DNA of 64,000 bases. Source: an uncultured Acidobacteriota bacterium (lineage in GTDB: Bacteria > Acidobacteriota > Thermoanaerobaculia > Multivoradales > SZUA-115). The stretch covers positions 768,001 to 832,000 of the forward strand of contig CAWDVR010000003.1 of the NCBI GenBank assembly GCA_963805975.1, given 5' to 3'. Positions 22,649-32,373 of the stretch are shown piece after piece; positions within the stretch are counted from its first letter, which is position 1, and the number at the start of each line of letters is the position of its first letter. A program made the translations under genes and the position numbers. The notes below the pieces were generated by a model. That model did no database searches and was not told where the DNA came from. It saw only the letters and a program-made list of their open reading frames with translations.

Positions 22649-24343
22649 TTGAACCTCGCTCTGCTCGCCGTTTGCTTCATGGCTCTCTTGGCCGTGGCCT
22701 ACATGGGCTATGGCCGCTGGGTGGCGCGGAAGCTGGCGATTGATGATGGGAGGGTGACGCCGGCCAGGTCGCGCGAGGACGGCGTCGACTTCGTGCCCAC
22801 GCGGCCGTTCTATCTCTTCGGGCAGCACTTCTCGGCCATCGCGGCGGCCGGGCCGATCGCCGGGCCCATCCTCGCCTGCCAGGCCTTCGGCTGGTTGCCC
22901 TGCCTGTTGTGGATCGGCCTCGGCGTGGTGCTGATCGGCGCCGTGCACGATTTCACCAGCCTCTTCGCCTCGGTGCGTCACGACGCGCGCTCGGTGGCGG
23001 ACATCGCCCGCGAGCACCTGGGGCCCGGCGCCGGGCTCGCCATGATGGCCTTCATCTGGATCGCGCTGATCTACGTGGTGGTGGCCTTCGCGGACATCAC
23101 GGCGGCAAGCTTCGTGGTCGGCACCGAGGAGTTGCAGCAGCGGGCGGCGAGCTTCCATCCTGGTGGCGCCGTGGCGGCGGCGAGCGTGATGTACCTCGGG
23201 CTCGCTCTCCTGATGGGCTTGGTGCAGCGCTTCCTGAAGCCGCCGCTATGGTTGCTGACGGTGATCTTCGTGCCGGCCATCTTCGGCTCCGCGTGGCTGG
23301 GCACCCAGGTCTCGGGCGCCCTGCTCCTCGACCGCAACACCTGGGGCCTGCTGATCCTCGCCTACTGTGCCGTGGCCTCGATCACGCCGGTCTGGGCACT
23401 GCTCCAGCCGCGTGGCTATCTGGGCGGCTTCGTCCTCTACTCGGCGCTGGCGCTGGGCGTCATCGGCATCTTCTTCGGCGGCTACGAGATCCAGCAGCCG
23501 GCCTTCACCACCTGGAACGCCGGCGGCATGACGGGGAGCCTCTTCCCGTTCCTCTTCGTCACCATCGCCTGCGGCGCCTGCTCGGGCTTCCACGGCCTGG
23601 TGTGCTCCGGCACCACCTCGAAGCAGGTGGAGCGCGAGGCCCATCTCCAGCCGGTGGGCTACGGCGCCATGCTGGCCGAGGGCTTCGTGGCGGTGATCGC
23701 CCTGGTGACGGTGATGATCGTGGCGCCGGGCGCGCTCCAGGGCCTGGCGCCCGGCACCATCTACGGCGACGGCATCGGCCGTTTTCTGACGCTGCTGATC
23801 GGCCCCGAGCACCAGGCTTTCGCCGTGACCTTCGGCGCCATGGTCTTCTCGACCTTCGTCTTCGACACCCTGGACGTGTGCACCCGGCTGGGGCGCTACC
23901 TGCTGCAGGAGCTCTTTGGCTGGAAGGGCCGCCTGGGGGCGCTGGGGGCGACGCTTGCCACGATCGGCGTCCCGGCGCTCTTGATCGGCTCCGCGGAGCC
24001 CGGCATGTGGGTCAAGTTCTGGACGCTCTTCGGCGCTTCGAACCAGCTCCTGGCGGCGCTCACGCTGCTGGCGGTCACGGTGTGGCTGAAGCGCTCGGGG
24101 CGGCCGATCGCCTTCACGCTGCTGCCGCTCCTCTTCGTGATGACGATCACGCTCTGGGCGCTCGCCAAGCTCGCCTGGGCCAATTTATCGGTGTTCCGCA
24201 GCGCCGCGGCCGGCTCCGGCGGCACGATCGCGGCGGTCAACACCGTGGCCTCGGCGGCACTCATCGCCCTGGCGCTCTACCTGGCGCTCGCGGCGTTGCG
24301 CGCGGCGCGGCGGGATCGCGGCCTGACGGCTAGCCTTTCTTGA
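22649..24343 (+). CDS. cstA: Carbon starvation protein A family peptide/pyruvate transporter
   Basis: DGVDFVPT, GQHFSAIAAAGPIAGP, LLQPRGYL, TIACGACSGFH and FGASNQLLA. Confidence 0.93.
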   Translation: MNLALLAVCFMALLAVAYMGYGRWVARKLAIDDGRVTPARSREDGVDFVPTRPFYLFGQHFSAIAAAGPIAGPILACQAFGWLPCLLWIGLGVVLIGAVHDFTSLFASVRHDARSVADIAREHLGPGAGLAMMAFIWIALIYVVVAFADITAASFVVGTEELQQRAASFHPGGAVAAASVMYLGLALLMGLVQRFLKPPLWLLTVIFVPAIFGSAWLGTQVSGALLLDRNTWGLLILAYCAVASITPVWALLQPRGYLGGFVLYSALALGVIGIFFGGYEIQQPAFTTWNAGGMTGSLFPFLFVTIACGACSGFHGLVCSGTTSKQVEREAHLQPVGYGAMLAEGFVAVIALVTVMIVAPGALQGLAPGTIYGDGIGRFLTLLIGPEHQAFAVTFGAMVFSTFVFDTLDVCTRLGRYLLQELFGWKGRLGALGATLATIGVPALLIGSAEPGMWVKFWTLFGASNQLLAALTLLAVTVWLKRSGRPIAFTLLPLLFVMTITLWALAKLAWANLSVFRSAAAGSGGTIAAVNTVASAALIALALYLALAALRAARRDRGLTASLS

Positions 24344-26669
24344 AAAACGCCTCCAGCAGCTTGTCGGTCGACGAGCGCCAGGAGCACCAGCCGAACTTGC
24401 CCGGGTTCTCGCTGCGGATCACCTCGACGCCCTTGGCGTTGAGCGCCTCCTCCAGCCGGGCCGTGTCCTTCTTGACGTCGAAAGGCACCTGCGGGGGCGA
24501 CAGCTCGTAGCGCGAGGTCTCGATGCGGACGCGGCGCGGGCCGCCCTGAGCCGCGGCGACCGTCGCCAGCAGCTCGTCGTTCTCGGGTGCCATCAGTACG
24601 AAGGACTGGAGCGCCAGGCCGCCGAACACTTGCGGCTGAGCGTAGGCGGCGTAGGCCGCGGCGTAGGCGCCGCGGTTGATGCCGCCGATCACCCGCGCCT
24701 CGGGCCGCGCGTCGGTCCGGTACTTGCCGTCGAGCATGGGGATCAGCTCCTCGGCCACCAGCTTGGCAAAGAGCGGCGCGCCGGCCGGCTGGGTGTCCGG
24801 TCCGCGGCGCTCGAGGAAGGCGACGATCAGCGGCTCGACCGTGGTGCCGATCAGGTTGTCGAGCGAGTTGGCCATGCTGCCGGAGGCGAGCTGGAAATCG
24901 CCGTTGGCGAGCACCAGCAGGGGATAGCGGGCGGCACCCGATTCGTAGCCCGCCGGCAGGTAGACCCAGACGCGGCGCAGCGATTCCCCAGTGCCGAGCT
25001 CGATCGTCTCCACCCTGCCGCGGGGCCGGCCGGCCGACGGCTCGTCGATGTGCGCCGGCACCTGCCAGCGCGGCATGGCCAGCTCCGAGCTCAGGTTGGG
25101 CCCGGCACCGACCCTGAGCGGGTTGGCCGGGTCGGGCTGGGGCTCGCCGAAGTCCACCCGCAGGCGGTAGTCGTAGCAGGACTCGGGGTCGAGCTTCAGG
25201 GTGCGAATGTGGAGGTCGGTGCCGGCGATGCGGTCGAGCGCCAGCTCCTGGTTGGGGGCTTCGGTCACGCTGCCGGAGACCGCCACGTCCTTGACCTCAC
25301 CGCGGTAGAGGAAGTGCGCGCGGCCGTCGTCCTCGAGGATCGGCAGCCGGGGCTTCTTGGCGAAGAACTCCTCGACCAGCTTCGGCTTGGCCGCGGCCTC
25401 GGCCGCCTCGATCCGGGCCAGCAGGGCACCGAGCTCGCCGCCCACCTTGCCGAGGTCCGGGCCGCTCGCCTTGGCGGCCGCCGGCGGCGCCTGCTCCGTG
25501 ATGCGGAGAGCGGCAATCTCTGTGAGGTTGCGGACGAAGAAGCGGCCGGAGGCGAAGGTAGGCGCGGTCAGCGCCTCGCGATCCAGCGCCTTGCCGCGCG
25601 CCTTCTCCACGTAGCCGGTGGGGGTCGCCTCGACCAGCACCACCTCGCCGCCGGTGGCGAGCACCGCGAGGTGGTCCTCCACCAGGGTCATCGCGTGGCC
25701 GCCGGGCGGGCGCGACTTCCACACTACCTTGCCGGTGGCGGCGTCGACGCAGGTGAGGAAGCGGCCGGTCAGGCCATAGAGGTGGCCCTGGCGGTAGATC
25801 GGCATGGCGTAGGCGTTCATGAACTCGTTCGAGCGCCACAGCTCGTTGACCCCGAGGCCGCCGTCCTTCTTCACCACCTGGAAGGCGGCGGTGCTCTCTC
25901 CCAGGACCACCACGAAGCGGTCGTCGCCCATCGCCACCGGCCGCGCGAAGCCGATGCCGTCCGCGGGCGTGTGGCGGTGCTGCCAGAGGATCTTCCCGTC
26001 CTTGGGATCGAGGCCCAGCAACAGATGGTTGGTCACCACCACTACCTGCGGCCTGCCGGCCACGGTGGCGAGCACCGGCGACTGGTAGTCCACGGTGTCG
26101 TCGCCGCGCGACCAGAGGAGCTTGCCGTCCCGGCGGTCGTAGGCCGAGATGGCGCCACCGCTCTGGCGGCCGGTGAGCACGATCAACGAGTCGCCGGCCG
26201 GAAGCGGGGTGGTGGCGAAGCCGTACACCGGCACCTTGGCTTCCTTCTCGGCCTCGAGGGTGCGGGCCCAGATCTCCTTGCCGTCGGCGAGGCGAACGGC
26301 GAACAGGCGGCCGTGCGGGTCCAGGCCGTAGACTGCGTCACCCGCCACCACCGGCGAGCCGGCGGGGCCGTCGTCCGAGCCGTCGTGGCCCTTATAGACC
26401 GGGCCGATCCGGTAGCGCCAGCGCTCCTCGCCGGTCGCGGCGTCGAGCGCCGCCACCAAGTCGTGCTCGGCATCGCTGAACATGGTCACCATCAGATTGC
26501 CGGCCGCCGCCACCTCCGAGTAGCCGGAGCCCAGGGCTTTCTTCCACGCCACCTCGAGCCCGAAAGGCTTGGCGGGGAAGACGGTCTCGGCAGCGGTGCG
26601 GTCCGCTCCGGCCAGGGCAGCGACGAGCAGGGCGAGCGCGAGGCGGGAGCGATGGGCGCGGGCGGTCAT
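24330..26669 (-). CDS. Secreted fusion: PQQ-type (BamB-like) beta-propeller, Ig/CBM48-like domain and degenerate Fes-like esterase domain
   Basis: Signal peptide, repeated ALDAATGEERW-type blades, DPANP motif, then VWVYLPAGYE...RYPLLVL alpha/beta-hydrolase region. Confidence 0.8.
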   Translation of the reverse strand: MTARAHRSRLALALLVAALAGADRTAAETVFPAKPFGLEVAWKKALGSGYSEVAAAGNLMVTMFSDAEHDLVAALDAATGEERWRYRIGPVYKGHDGSDDGPAGSPVVAGDAVYGLDPHGRLFAVRLADGKEIWARTLEAEKEAKVPVYGFATTPLPAGDSLIVLTGRQSGGAISAYDRRDGKLLWSRGDDTVDYQSPVLATVAGRPQVVVVTNHLLLGLDPKDGKILWQHRHTPADGIGFARPVAMGDDRFVVVLGESTAAFQVVKKDGGLGVNELWRSNEFMNAYAMPIYRQGHLYGLTGRFLTCVDAATGKVVWKSRPPGGHAMTLVEDHLAVLATGGEVVLVEATPTGYVEKARGKALDREALTAPTFASGRFFVRNLTEIAALRITEQAPPAAAKASGPDLGKVGGELGALLARIEAAEAAAKPKLVEEFFAKKPRLPILEDDGRAHFLYRGEVKDVAVSGSVTEAPNQELALDRIAGTDLHIRTLKLDPESCYDYRLRVDFGEPQPDPANPLRVGAGPNLSSELAMPRWQVPAHIDEPSAGRPRGRVETIELGTGESLRRVWVYLPAGYESGAARYPLLVLANGDFQLASGSMANSLDNLIGTTVEPLIVAFLERRGPDTQPAGAPLFAKLVAEELIPMLDGKYRTDARPEARVIGGINRGAYAAAYAAYAQPQVFGGLALQSFVLMAPENDELLATVAAAQGGPRRVRIETSRYELSPPQVPFDVKKDTARLEEALNAKGVEVIRSENPGKFGWCSWRSSTDKLLEAFFKKG

Positions 26670-26750
26670 GCGACACCTCCGTGAGAGTGTTCTTCTTCTA
26701 CGACGATTGTACGAGAAAGTTGGGTCTGACGGAGGGTACCCGGGGTGAGG

Positions 26751-26801
26751 GAGCGCAGCGGGATCTCGAGAAGTGGTACGCCGAGATCCTGCGCTGCGCT
26801 C
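26751..26801. repeat. Intergenic long hairpin (REP-like or terminator)
   Basis: GAGCGCAGCG-GGATCTCG pairs with CGAGATCC-TG-CGCTGCGCTC. Confidence 0.55.
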
Positions 26802-26824
26802 GGGATGGCACTTCGACTAGAGCT

Positions 26825-28966
26825 TTAGTCCCAGGGATTGGCGGGCTGGTCGTTGATCGCCACCCAGACGCGGCCGGTGAGGAAGAACGGGCTGCCGTGC
26901 GCCCAGAAGCTCCAGCCGCCGGAGAAGGCGAGGCCCGGGCCGTAGCGGCCGTCGTGGAACTCCGCCATGCGCCAGCCGGCGCCGAAGCTCGTGGCGCAGA
27001 AGGCGTCCGCTACTGCCCGGCTGGTCAGCGTCGCTCCCTGCACGGCAGCCGTTTCCCGTACCTGGCCGCGGGCCCAGCCGTTGTAGAAGTCCGGGGTGAT
27101 TCCCGGGGGCACCGGGCTGTTGTCCACCAGCAGGCAGAGCACCGGCAGCGAGGTGCTGGCCGGGGTGTCGCCGGAGTACGGGTTGGTCTGGCCGTCCGCG
27201 CCCACGTGGACCAGGTTGGGGAAGCGCCGCTCCAGGTACGTCCAGGTCATGCCGGCGTGGGTGGCGCCGGCGCGGCCGAGGTAGAGCAGCCGGTTGGGCG
27301 AGCGGGGATCGATCACCACGTTGGGGGTGGCGCGGCCCTGGAGCCAGCTCCGTACCTGGGCGGGGCTGGCCGTGGGGTTGTCGTGCAGGAAGAGGGCCGC
27401 CGCACCGGCCACCGCCGGGGCGGCGTAGGAGGTACCGCTCCCAGTCCGGTAGTTGCTGTCGCCGTCGAACCAGGCGGTACGGATGCTCTCGCCGGGGGCG
27501 AAGATCTCGACCTTGCCGTAGTTGGCGTCCGAGGGCCGCCGGTCGTTGCGGTCGGTGGAGCTGACCGAGATTGCCTCGGGTGCCCGCGCCGGTGTCGAGC
27601 GATCGGCGTTCTTGCCCTCGTTGCCGGCCGAGACCACCACGGTGACGCCGGCGTCCACGGCGCGGCGCACGGCGCGGTCCATGGGCGTGCGCCAGCCCAG
27701 CCAGCGGCGCCAGAAGCCGGGCGGGAAGCCGTAGCTGACGTTGGCCACCGCCGGCTTGCGGTGGTAGCGGGCCACGTAGTCCAGCCCGGCGACGATGGTG
27801 GAGTTGAACACCGAGATCTGCGGGTTGTAGGCGTTGCCCTTGCAGCCGGCGATGCGGATGGAGATGAGGTTGGCGGCCGTCGCGACCCCGACCGTGCTGC
27901 CGCCGGCGATGCTGCCCACTGCGGTGCCGTGGCCGTGGCAGTCGTCGCGCTGGCCGAAGAGGCGGATGAAGTCCCGTTCCTGCCAGGCACGGCCGCCGAA
28001 CTCCTGGTGCGAGCGGCGGAAGCCGGTGTCCAGGACGTAGATGTTGACGCCCGCGCCACAGCCGGCCGGTGGCGTGCAGTCGTAGGGGGCGAAGTTGAGG
28101 TCGTCGAGCGGCAGGGTGCGCTGGTCGATCCGATCACGGTGCCAGTGCTCGGCAGGCTGGCCGTAGCTGTCCTGCTCCACAGACTCGACACGGTAGTCCT
28201 CGCTCATCGCCCGCGCCTGGGTGTCGTCGCCGGTGAACGAGAACCCCTGGACCGAGGTGAAGACGTCGAGGATCGTGCCGCCGTAGATGGCCACGAGGCT
28301 CGAGGCCAGCGATTCGACTTCGGCCTCCGGCAGGTCCTCGCCGAACATGGCGAGGTACTGGTTCGGGACCGGCATCTCCGAGGGGATGAACTTGGGAGGA
28401 AAGATGACCGTGGGCACCGTGCCGGCCGAGTCCCAGGGGTTGGCCGGCTGGTCGTTGATCGCCACCCAAAAGCGGGTGCCGGTCGGGATCTGGCCCTCTC
28501 CCCAGAAGGACCAGCCGCCGACGGCGGAGAAGTCCCCACCGTAGCGGCCGTCGTGGAACTCGGCCAGGCGCCAGCCGCCGCCGAAGGTGTCGGCGCAGAT
28601 CTCGTCGCCCTGCGCTTGGGAGGTCAGCACGATGGCCGGGACCGCGGGCGTCGCCCGCACCGCGCCGCGGGCCCAGCCGTTGTAGAAGTCGAACGGGATG
28701 CCGTCCGGGGCCGACCGGCCGTCGACCAGCACGCAGAGAATGGACAGGAACTGGTCGATGGTGGTGTCCCCCGCATAGGCGTTGGTCTGCCCGTCCGAGC
28801 CCACGTGAACGTAGCTGCCACTCTGGCCGACCACCGTCCAGGTCATCCCGATGCGGAGCGGGCCGGCCGGTTTGTACGCGGCGGCGGGCGCTGCGGCTGC
28901 GACTGCGAGCAGGAGCCCGAGCAGGCCGGGGCTCCAGGCTGCGAGGCGTTGGAACACGGTCTTCAT
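26825..28966 (-). CDS. Secreted S8 subtilase (proteinase K/aqualysin-like) with I9-like prodomain and two copies of an unknown ~140-aa domain
   Basis: Catalytic triad VLDTG, HGHGT, SGTSYAAP and oxyanion SAGN. Duplicated GMTWT...AINDQPANPWD module at both ends. Confidence 0.9.
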   Translation of the reverse strand: MKTVFQRLAAWSPGLLGLLLAVAAAAPAAAYKPAGPLRIGMTWTVVGQSGSYVHVGSDGQTNAYAGDTTIDQFLSILCVLVDGRSAPDGIPFDFYNGWARGAVRATPAVPAIVLTSQAQGDEICADTFGGGWRLAEFHDGRYGGDFSAVGGWSFWGEGQIPTGTRFWVAINDQPANPWDSAGTVPTVIFPPKFIPSEMPVPNQYLAMFGEDLPEAEVESLASSLVAIYGGTILDVFTSVQGFSFTGDDTQARAMSEDYRVESVEQDSYGQPAEHWHRDRIDQRTLPLDDLNFAPYDCTPPAGCGAGVNIYVLDTGFRRSHQEFGGRAWQERDFIRLFGQRDDCHGHGTAVGSIAGGSTVGVATAANLISIRIAGCKGNAYNPQISVFNSTIVAGLDYVARYHRKPAVANVSYGFPPGFWRRWLGWRTPMDRAVRRAVDAGVTVVVSAGNEGKNADRSTPARAPEAISVSSTDRNDRRPSDANYGKVEIFAPGESIRTAWFDGDSNYRTGSGTSYAAPAVAGAAALFLHDNPTASPAQVRSWLQGRATPNVVIDPRSPNRLLYLGRAGATHAGMTWTYLERRFPNLVHVGADGQTNPYSGDTPASTSLPVLCLLVDNSPVPPGITPDFYNGWARGQVRETAAVQGATLTSRAVADAFCATSFGAGWRMAEFHDGRYGPGLAFSGGWSFWAHGSPFFLTGRVWVAINDQPANPWD

Positions 28967-29243
28967 GGTGCGCTCTCCTTGTACCAGCGAGGTCCGATGA
29001 GGATCTCGGAGTCGCCGCCAGTGGGCGGACCTCGCGGTTGAGCCGGCGGTGCGCGTTCTGTCGCGCCCTCCAGACGCGTAGACCGCCGTGGCTCGGGCTC
29101 ACGGGTGGGGAGAGACCCCTCCTTGGGCAGGGTCGACCCCTGACGGCCGGCTGGCGAGGGTCGGCCCTTCGGGCGTGGCGGGCACACGGGCCGGGCGCCG
29201 AGACTGCACGGCGTACCGAACCGGGCAACCCAGGAGGTCCGTC

Positions 29244-31868
29244 GTGAAGGAGATCTTTCGTCGTATCCGCTCGCAGGCGGTCATCACCCTGGCGGCGCTG
29301 GCCACCACGACCGTGGCGGCGTCACCTGTCGAGAGCCAGAGCATCACTCCCCGCACCACCGGCGGAGGCGGGCCGGGCACGAGCTGCACCTGCTACGTGG
29401 ACGGCTTCCAGACCGAGTGCCCGATGATAGACACCACGGGCTTTCCCCAGGCCGATTGCGGCTACCTGGGCGACGAGATCGGGGGAGGGGGCGGCGCGCC
29501 GGGCCCGGACGATTTCCCGCCCGACCTCACCCCGCTCGGCAGGTTCTTCTTCTTCGGCCGGCCGTCGGGGGGAGGCTCCTGTGTGCCCGCCACCACCTTC
29601 GAGCCCGGCGACCCGTACTGCGCACAGATCGTGATGATCAATCAGGGGGGCCTCGACACCTCGGGCGATCAGTACGAGGGCCTCGTCATCGACCAGGGCG
29701 GATCGAAAGTGGTGCCGGGTGTCGTGGTGCGGATCTTTCTCCAACCCACCGGCAGCGGGCTCGGGCAGGTGGACCTCGGCCAGGAGACGATCGATTTCCC
29801 CCTCGTACCGAGGACCGGCCTGGAGGCTCCCACTCCCGTGCTGCTGAACGTCGCTGGCCAGCTCCCGCCCGCGACGCCGCCGGGCGGCTACCGGCTGGGC
29901 GCCACGGTCGACGTCACCGACGTGCTGCCGGAGGTCGGCGGGGACAACAACAGCAAGCAGGCCGATCCGGACGAGGCGATCACCGTTGCCGGCGAAGGCC
30001 CCGATCTCGCTTCCGTTTCCGGCTCCGGGGCCGTGACCGGCTTCGGCAAAGCCGGCGGCGCTCCCACCCTCGGCCAGTCGTACCGGGTCACCTCGCGGGT
30101 GCGCAACGAAGGCAGCGCACCGATCAGCGGCACCTTCGAGGTCACCTATGTGGCGACTGTGGCCGGGGGTGACGAGCTGGCGGTGGGAGTCCGCCTCGGG
30201 CGGCAGAGCTTCACGCTCGAGGGCCTCGAGCCGCAGGCGGTCCGCACCGTGACCTTCAACAGCGCCGCCGGCTTGCGCGGTCTCCAACCCAAGGTGCGCT
30301 ACGAGCTGCGGGCGACGCTCGATCGCGGGTCGGAAACGCTCGAAGAGCGGCGGCTCATCGGCACCTTCACCGTGGCCGCCTCCGGCTCGACCTGCAACTC
30401 GCTGGTCCTCGACGCCAAGGTGGACGGGGTGGGGAGGAAGGTCAAGCACGTCGGCCAGCCCTTCACCTTCAGCGCCGAGGTCTCCCCGCCGCAATGCGCC
30501 AACCTGCCTCTCCACTTCAGCTGGAACTTCGGCGACGGCGGCTCGGCGTCGGGCCAGACCGCGACCCACACCTACTCGACGCCCGGCTCCCGCACCGCCA
30601 CGGTGAGCGTGAGCTGCTTCAAATGCCCCTTCCCCGGCAAGACGACCTCGACCGGGGTGACGGCAGTGCCTTTCGATTTCGAGATCGCCAAGCCCAGCGG
30701 CGATCCTGCAACCGCCGGCGTCGCGGGCATCAACCAGATCACGTTCAGCGGCGCGGACGGGCAGGCGGTGATCGCCGTCGAGGCGACGATTGACCCCGCC
30801 TCGGCCGGCGTGGACGCAGCCAAGCTCCTGCGCTGGTCGCTGATCCGCCGGCGGGGCGCCTTCGTCATCCGCGCCACGCCTCCCGGCACCACCTCCAACC
30901 TATGGGCGAGCGCCGATCCCACCAGCAAGCTGGGCCTCGGTCTCACCAACACGCTGACCCTTCGCGGCTACCCCGCCGAGAACGGCGATTTCGGTCCCTG
31001 GGAGGTCCGGCTGACGGTCGAGCAGGGCGGGGTCTCGGTCCACCGGCAGACGCCGGTCGAGCTGTTCTTCGAACGCAATCGGGTAGCGGACGGCCACACG
31101 GCGCCAAACTGGTTCCGCTACTGGCTTGAGGCCTACCGCAAGGGCCACGGCGACGAGCCGCGGCACTCCCGCTACGGTGGCTCACGGCCCGGCGTCGCCG
31201 GGTCCACCCCCGCGTTGGAGAGCTGGAGCTATCAGCAGGTCCTGACGGCCACCGACAAGCTGCGGATCGTGGTCTACGACGACGCGGCGACCGAGCTGCC
31301 CACGCTCTACTGCCCGGGCGCGCACAACCTCAAGGGGATCGAGCATCTCTTCGCGACCCTCGACCACGAGCGGCGCCACCTCGAGCAGATCCGCGTCTGC
31401 GACGCCCAGCTCTGGCGGGAGAACGGCTTCCCGCTGAGCCCCGTCGGCAGCTCTGCCTTTGTCAATGGCTGGTCGTGGGACACGGTACCGATCAACCATT
31501 TCGCGGTGGGACCGAACTCGGTTGCCGGCGCGGCAGGCGATGACGACGGCGACGGGGTCGCCGACCCGACGGGGCTCTTCGGGGCCAACCGGCGTGACTT
31601 CCTCGACGAGCTCGGCTGCCCCGCTACGGACGACGTCCAGCTCTTCGACGCTTCCAATTGGGACTGGTGCACCGATCTGGGAAATCCGCCGGTGGGAGCC
31701 GTGGCACGGCCCGCTCCGCTCTTGTGCCCTCAGCGCGTGCCGCCGCCACCGCCGCCTCCGACCTTCCCGGTGACGGACGCCATCGAGATCGACGCCTGCA
31801 ACCACGAGCAGGCTTCCTATCCCGCGGCCGTCAAAGCGGACTGGGCCAACCCAGGCCGGCAGCACTAA
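29244..31868 (+). CDS. Large secreted protein with CARDB/Ig-like and PKD domains and a C-terminal HExxH region
   Basis: AGGAGG RBS and signal peptide. PKD signature FSWNFGDGG...THTYSTPG. TLDHERRH and DDDGDGVAD near the C-terminus. Confidence 0.7.
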   Translation: MKEIFRRIRSQAVITLAALATTTVAASPVESQSITPRTTGGGGPGTSCTCYVDGFQTECPMIDTTGFPQADCGYLGDEIGGGGGAPGPDDFPPDLTPLGRFFFFGRPSGGGSCVPATTFEPGDPYCAQIVMINQGGLDTSGDQYEGLVIDQGGSKVVPGVVVRIFLQPTGSGLGQVDLGQETIDFPLVPRTGLEAPTPVLLNVAGQLPPATPPGGYRLGATVDVTDVLPEVGGDNNSKQADPDEAITVAGEGPDLASVSGSGAVTGFGKAGGAPTLGQSYRVTSRVRNEGSAPISGTFEVTYVATVAGGDELAVGVRLGRQSFTLEGLEPQAVRTVTFNSAAGLRGLQPKVRYELRATLDRGSETLEERRLIGTFTVAASGSTCNSLVLDAKVDGVGRKVKHVGQPFTFSAEVSPPQCANLPLHFSWNFGDGGSASGQTATHTYSTPGSRTATVSVSCFKCPFPGKTTSTGVTAVPFDFEIAKPSGDPATAGVAGINQITFSGADGQAVIAVEATIDPASAGVDAAKLLRWSLIRRRGAFVIRATPPGTTSNLWASADPTSKLGLGLTNTLTLRGYPAENGDFGPWEVRLTVEQGGVSVHRQTPVELFFERNRVADGHTAPNWFRYWLEAYRKGHGDEPRHSRYGGSRPGVAGSTPALESWSYQQVLTATDKLRIVVYDDAATELPTLYCPGAHNLKGIEHLFATLDHERRHLEQIRVCDAQLWRENGFPLSPVGSSAFVNGWSWDTVPINHFAVGPNSVAGAAGDDDGDGVADPTGLFGANRRDFLDELGCPATDDVQLFDASNWDWCTDLGNPPVGAVARPAPLLCPQRVPPPPPPPTFPVTDAIEIDACNHEQASYPAAVKADWANPGRQH

Positions 31869-31880
31869 TCCACTGAATCC

Positions 31881-31914
31881 TTGGAATGGCACCGCATCCG
31901 CGGTGCCATTCCAA
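31881..31914. terminator. Perfect 15-bp stem hairpin after the PKD gene (terminator or REP-like)
   Basis: TTGGAATGGCACCGC-ATCC-GCGGTGCCATTCCAA. No U-tract on the + strand. Confidence 0.5.
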
Positions 31915-31995
31915 AGCCAATCCTGCCCCAAGCGCTCGCCACCGCAACGAAAGGCTCCGACTGCGCGGGAAACACCAGCTACAGGAAATGCATGC

Positions 31996-32024
31996 TTGAC
32001 AGACTGTGCGGAACACAGTAGTGT
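31996..32024 (+). promoter_or_regulatory. Sigma-70 promoter with a palindromic operator in the spacer (probable PadR autoregulation)
   Basis: TTGACA-17 nt-TAGTGT, ending 7 nt before ATG. The inverted repeat ACTGTG-N5-CACAGT spans 32003-32019. Confidence 0.7.
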
Positions 32025-32031
32025 GCGCGGC

Positions 32032-32373
32032 ATGGTTGACGCAGACGCTTTCGGTAAGTTGGAGCTCGAGCTGCGACGCGGGGTGGTGGTGTTGGCCACG
32101 CTCTCGCAACTGCGCACTCCGCGCTACGGGTATGAGCTGCGGCAGGCATTGGCGGACAAGGGAATGCCGATCGAAGAGGGCACGCTGTATCCGTTGCTGC
32201 GCCGCCTGGAAGCGCAGGGTTTGCTGAAAAGCGAGTGGAAGATCGAGGATGGGCCGCCGCGGCGTTACTACTCACTGAATGCGGACGGCCGAAAGTTGCT
32301 CAAGAAGCTCACCGAGTCATGGCAGGGCATGAACGACGCAATGGATCGACTCTTGAAAGAAGGCTCACAATGA
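32032..32373 (+). CDS. PadR family transcriptional regulator
   Basis: ELRRG, YGYEL, EGTLYPLLRRLE and RRYYSLNADG. Confidence 0.93.
   Translation: MVDADAFGKLELELRRGVVVLATLSQLRTPRYGYELRQALADKGMPIEEGTLYPLLRRLEAQGLLKSEWKIEDGPPRRYYSLNADGRKLLKKLTESWQGMNDAMDRLLKEGSQ

Noticed and set aside
29000-29240. GC-rich hairpins in the divergent intergenic region as a structured RNA
   Set aside because: Such pairing is expected at this GC content and matches no family I recognise.
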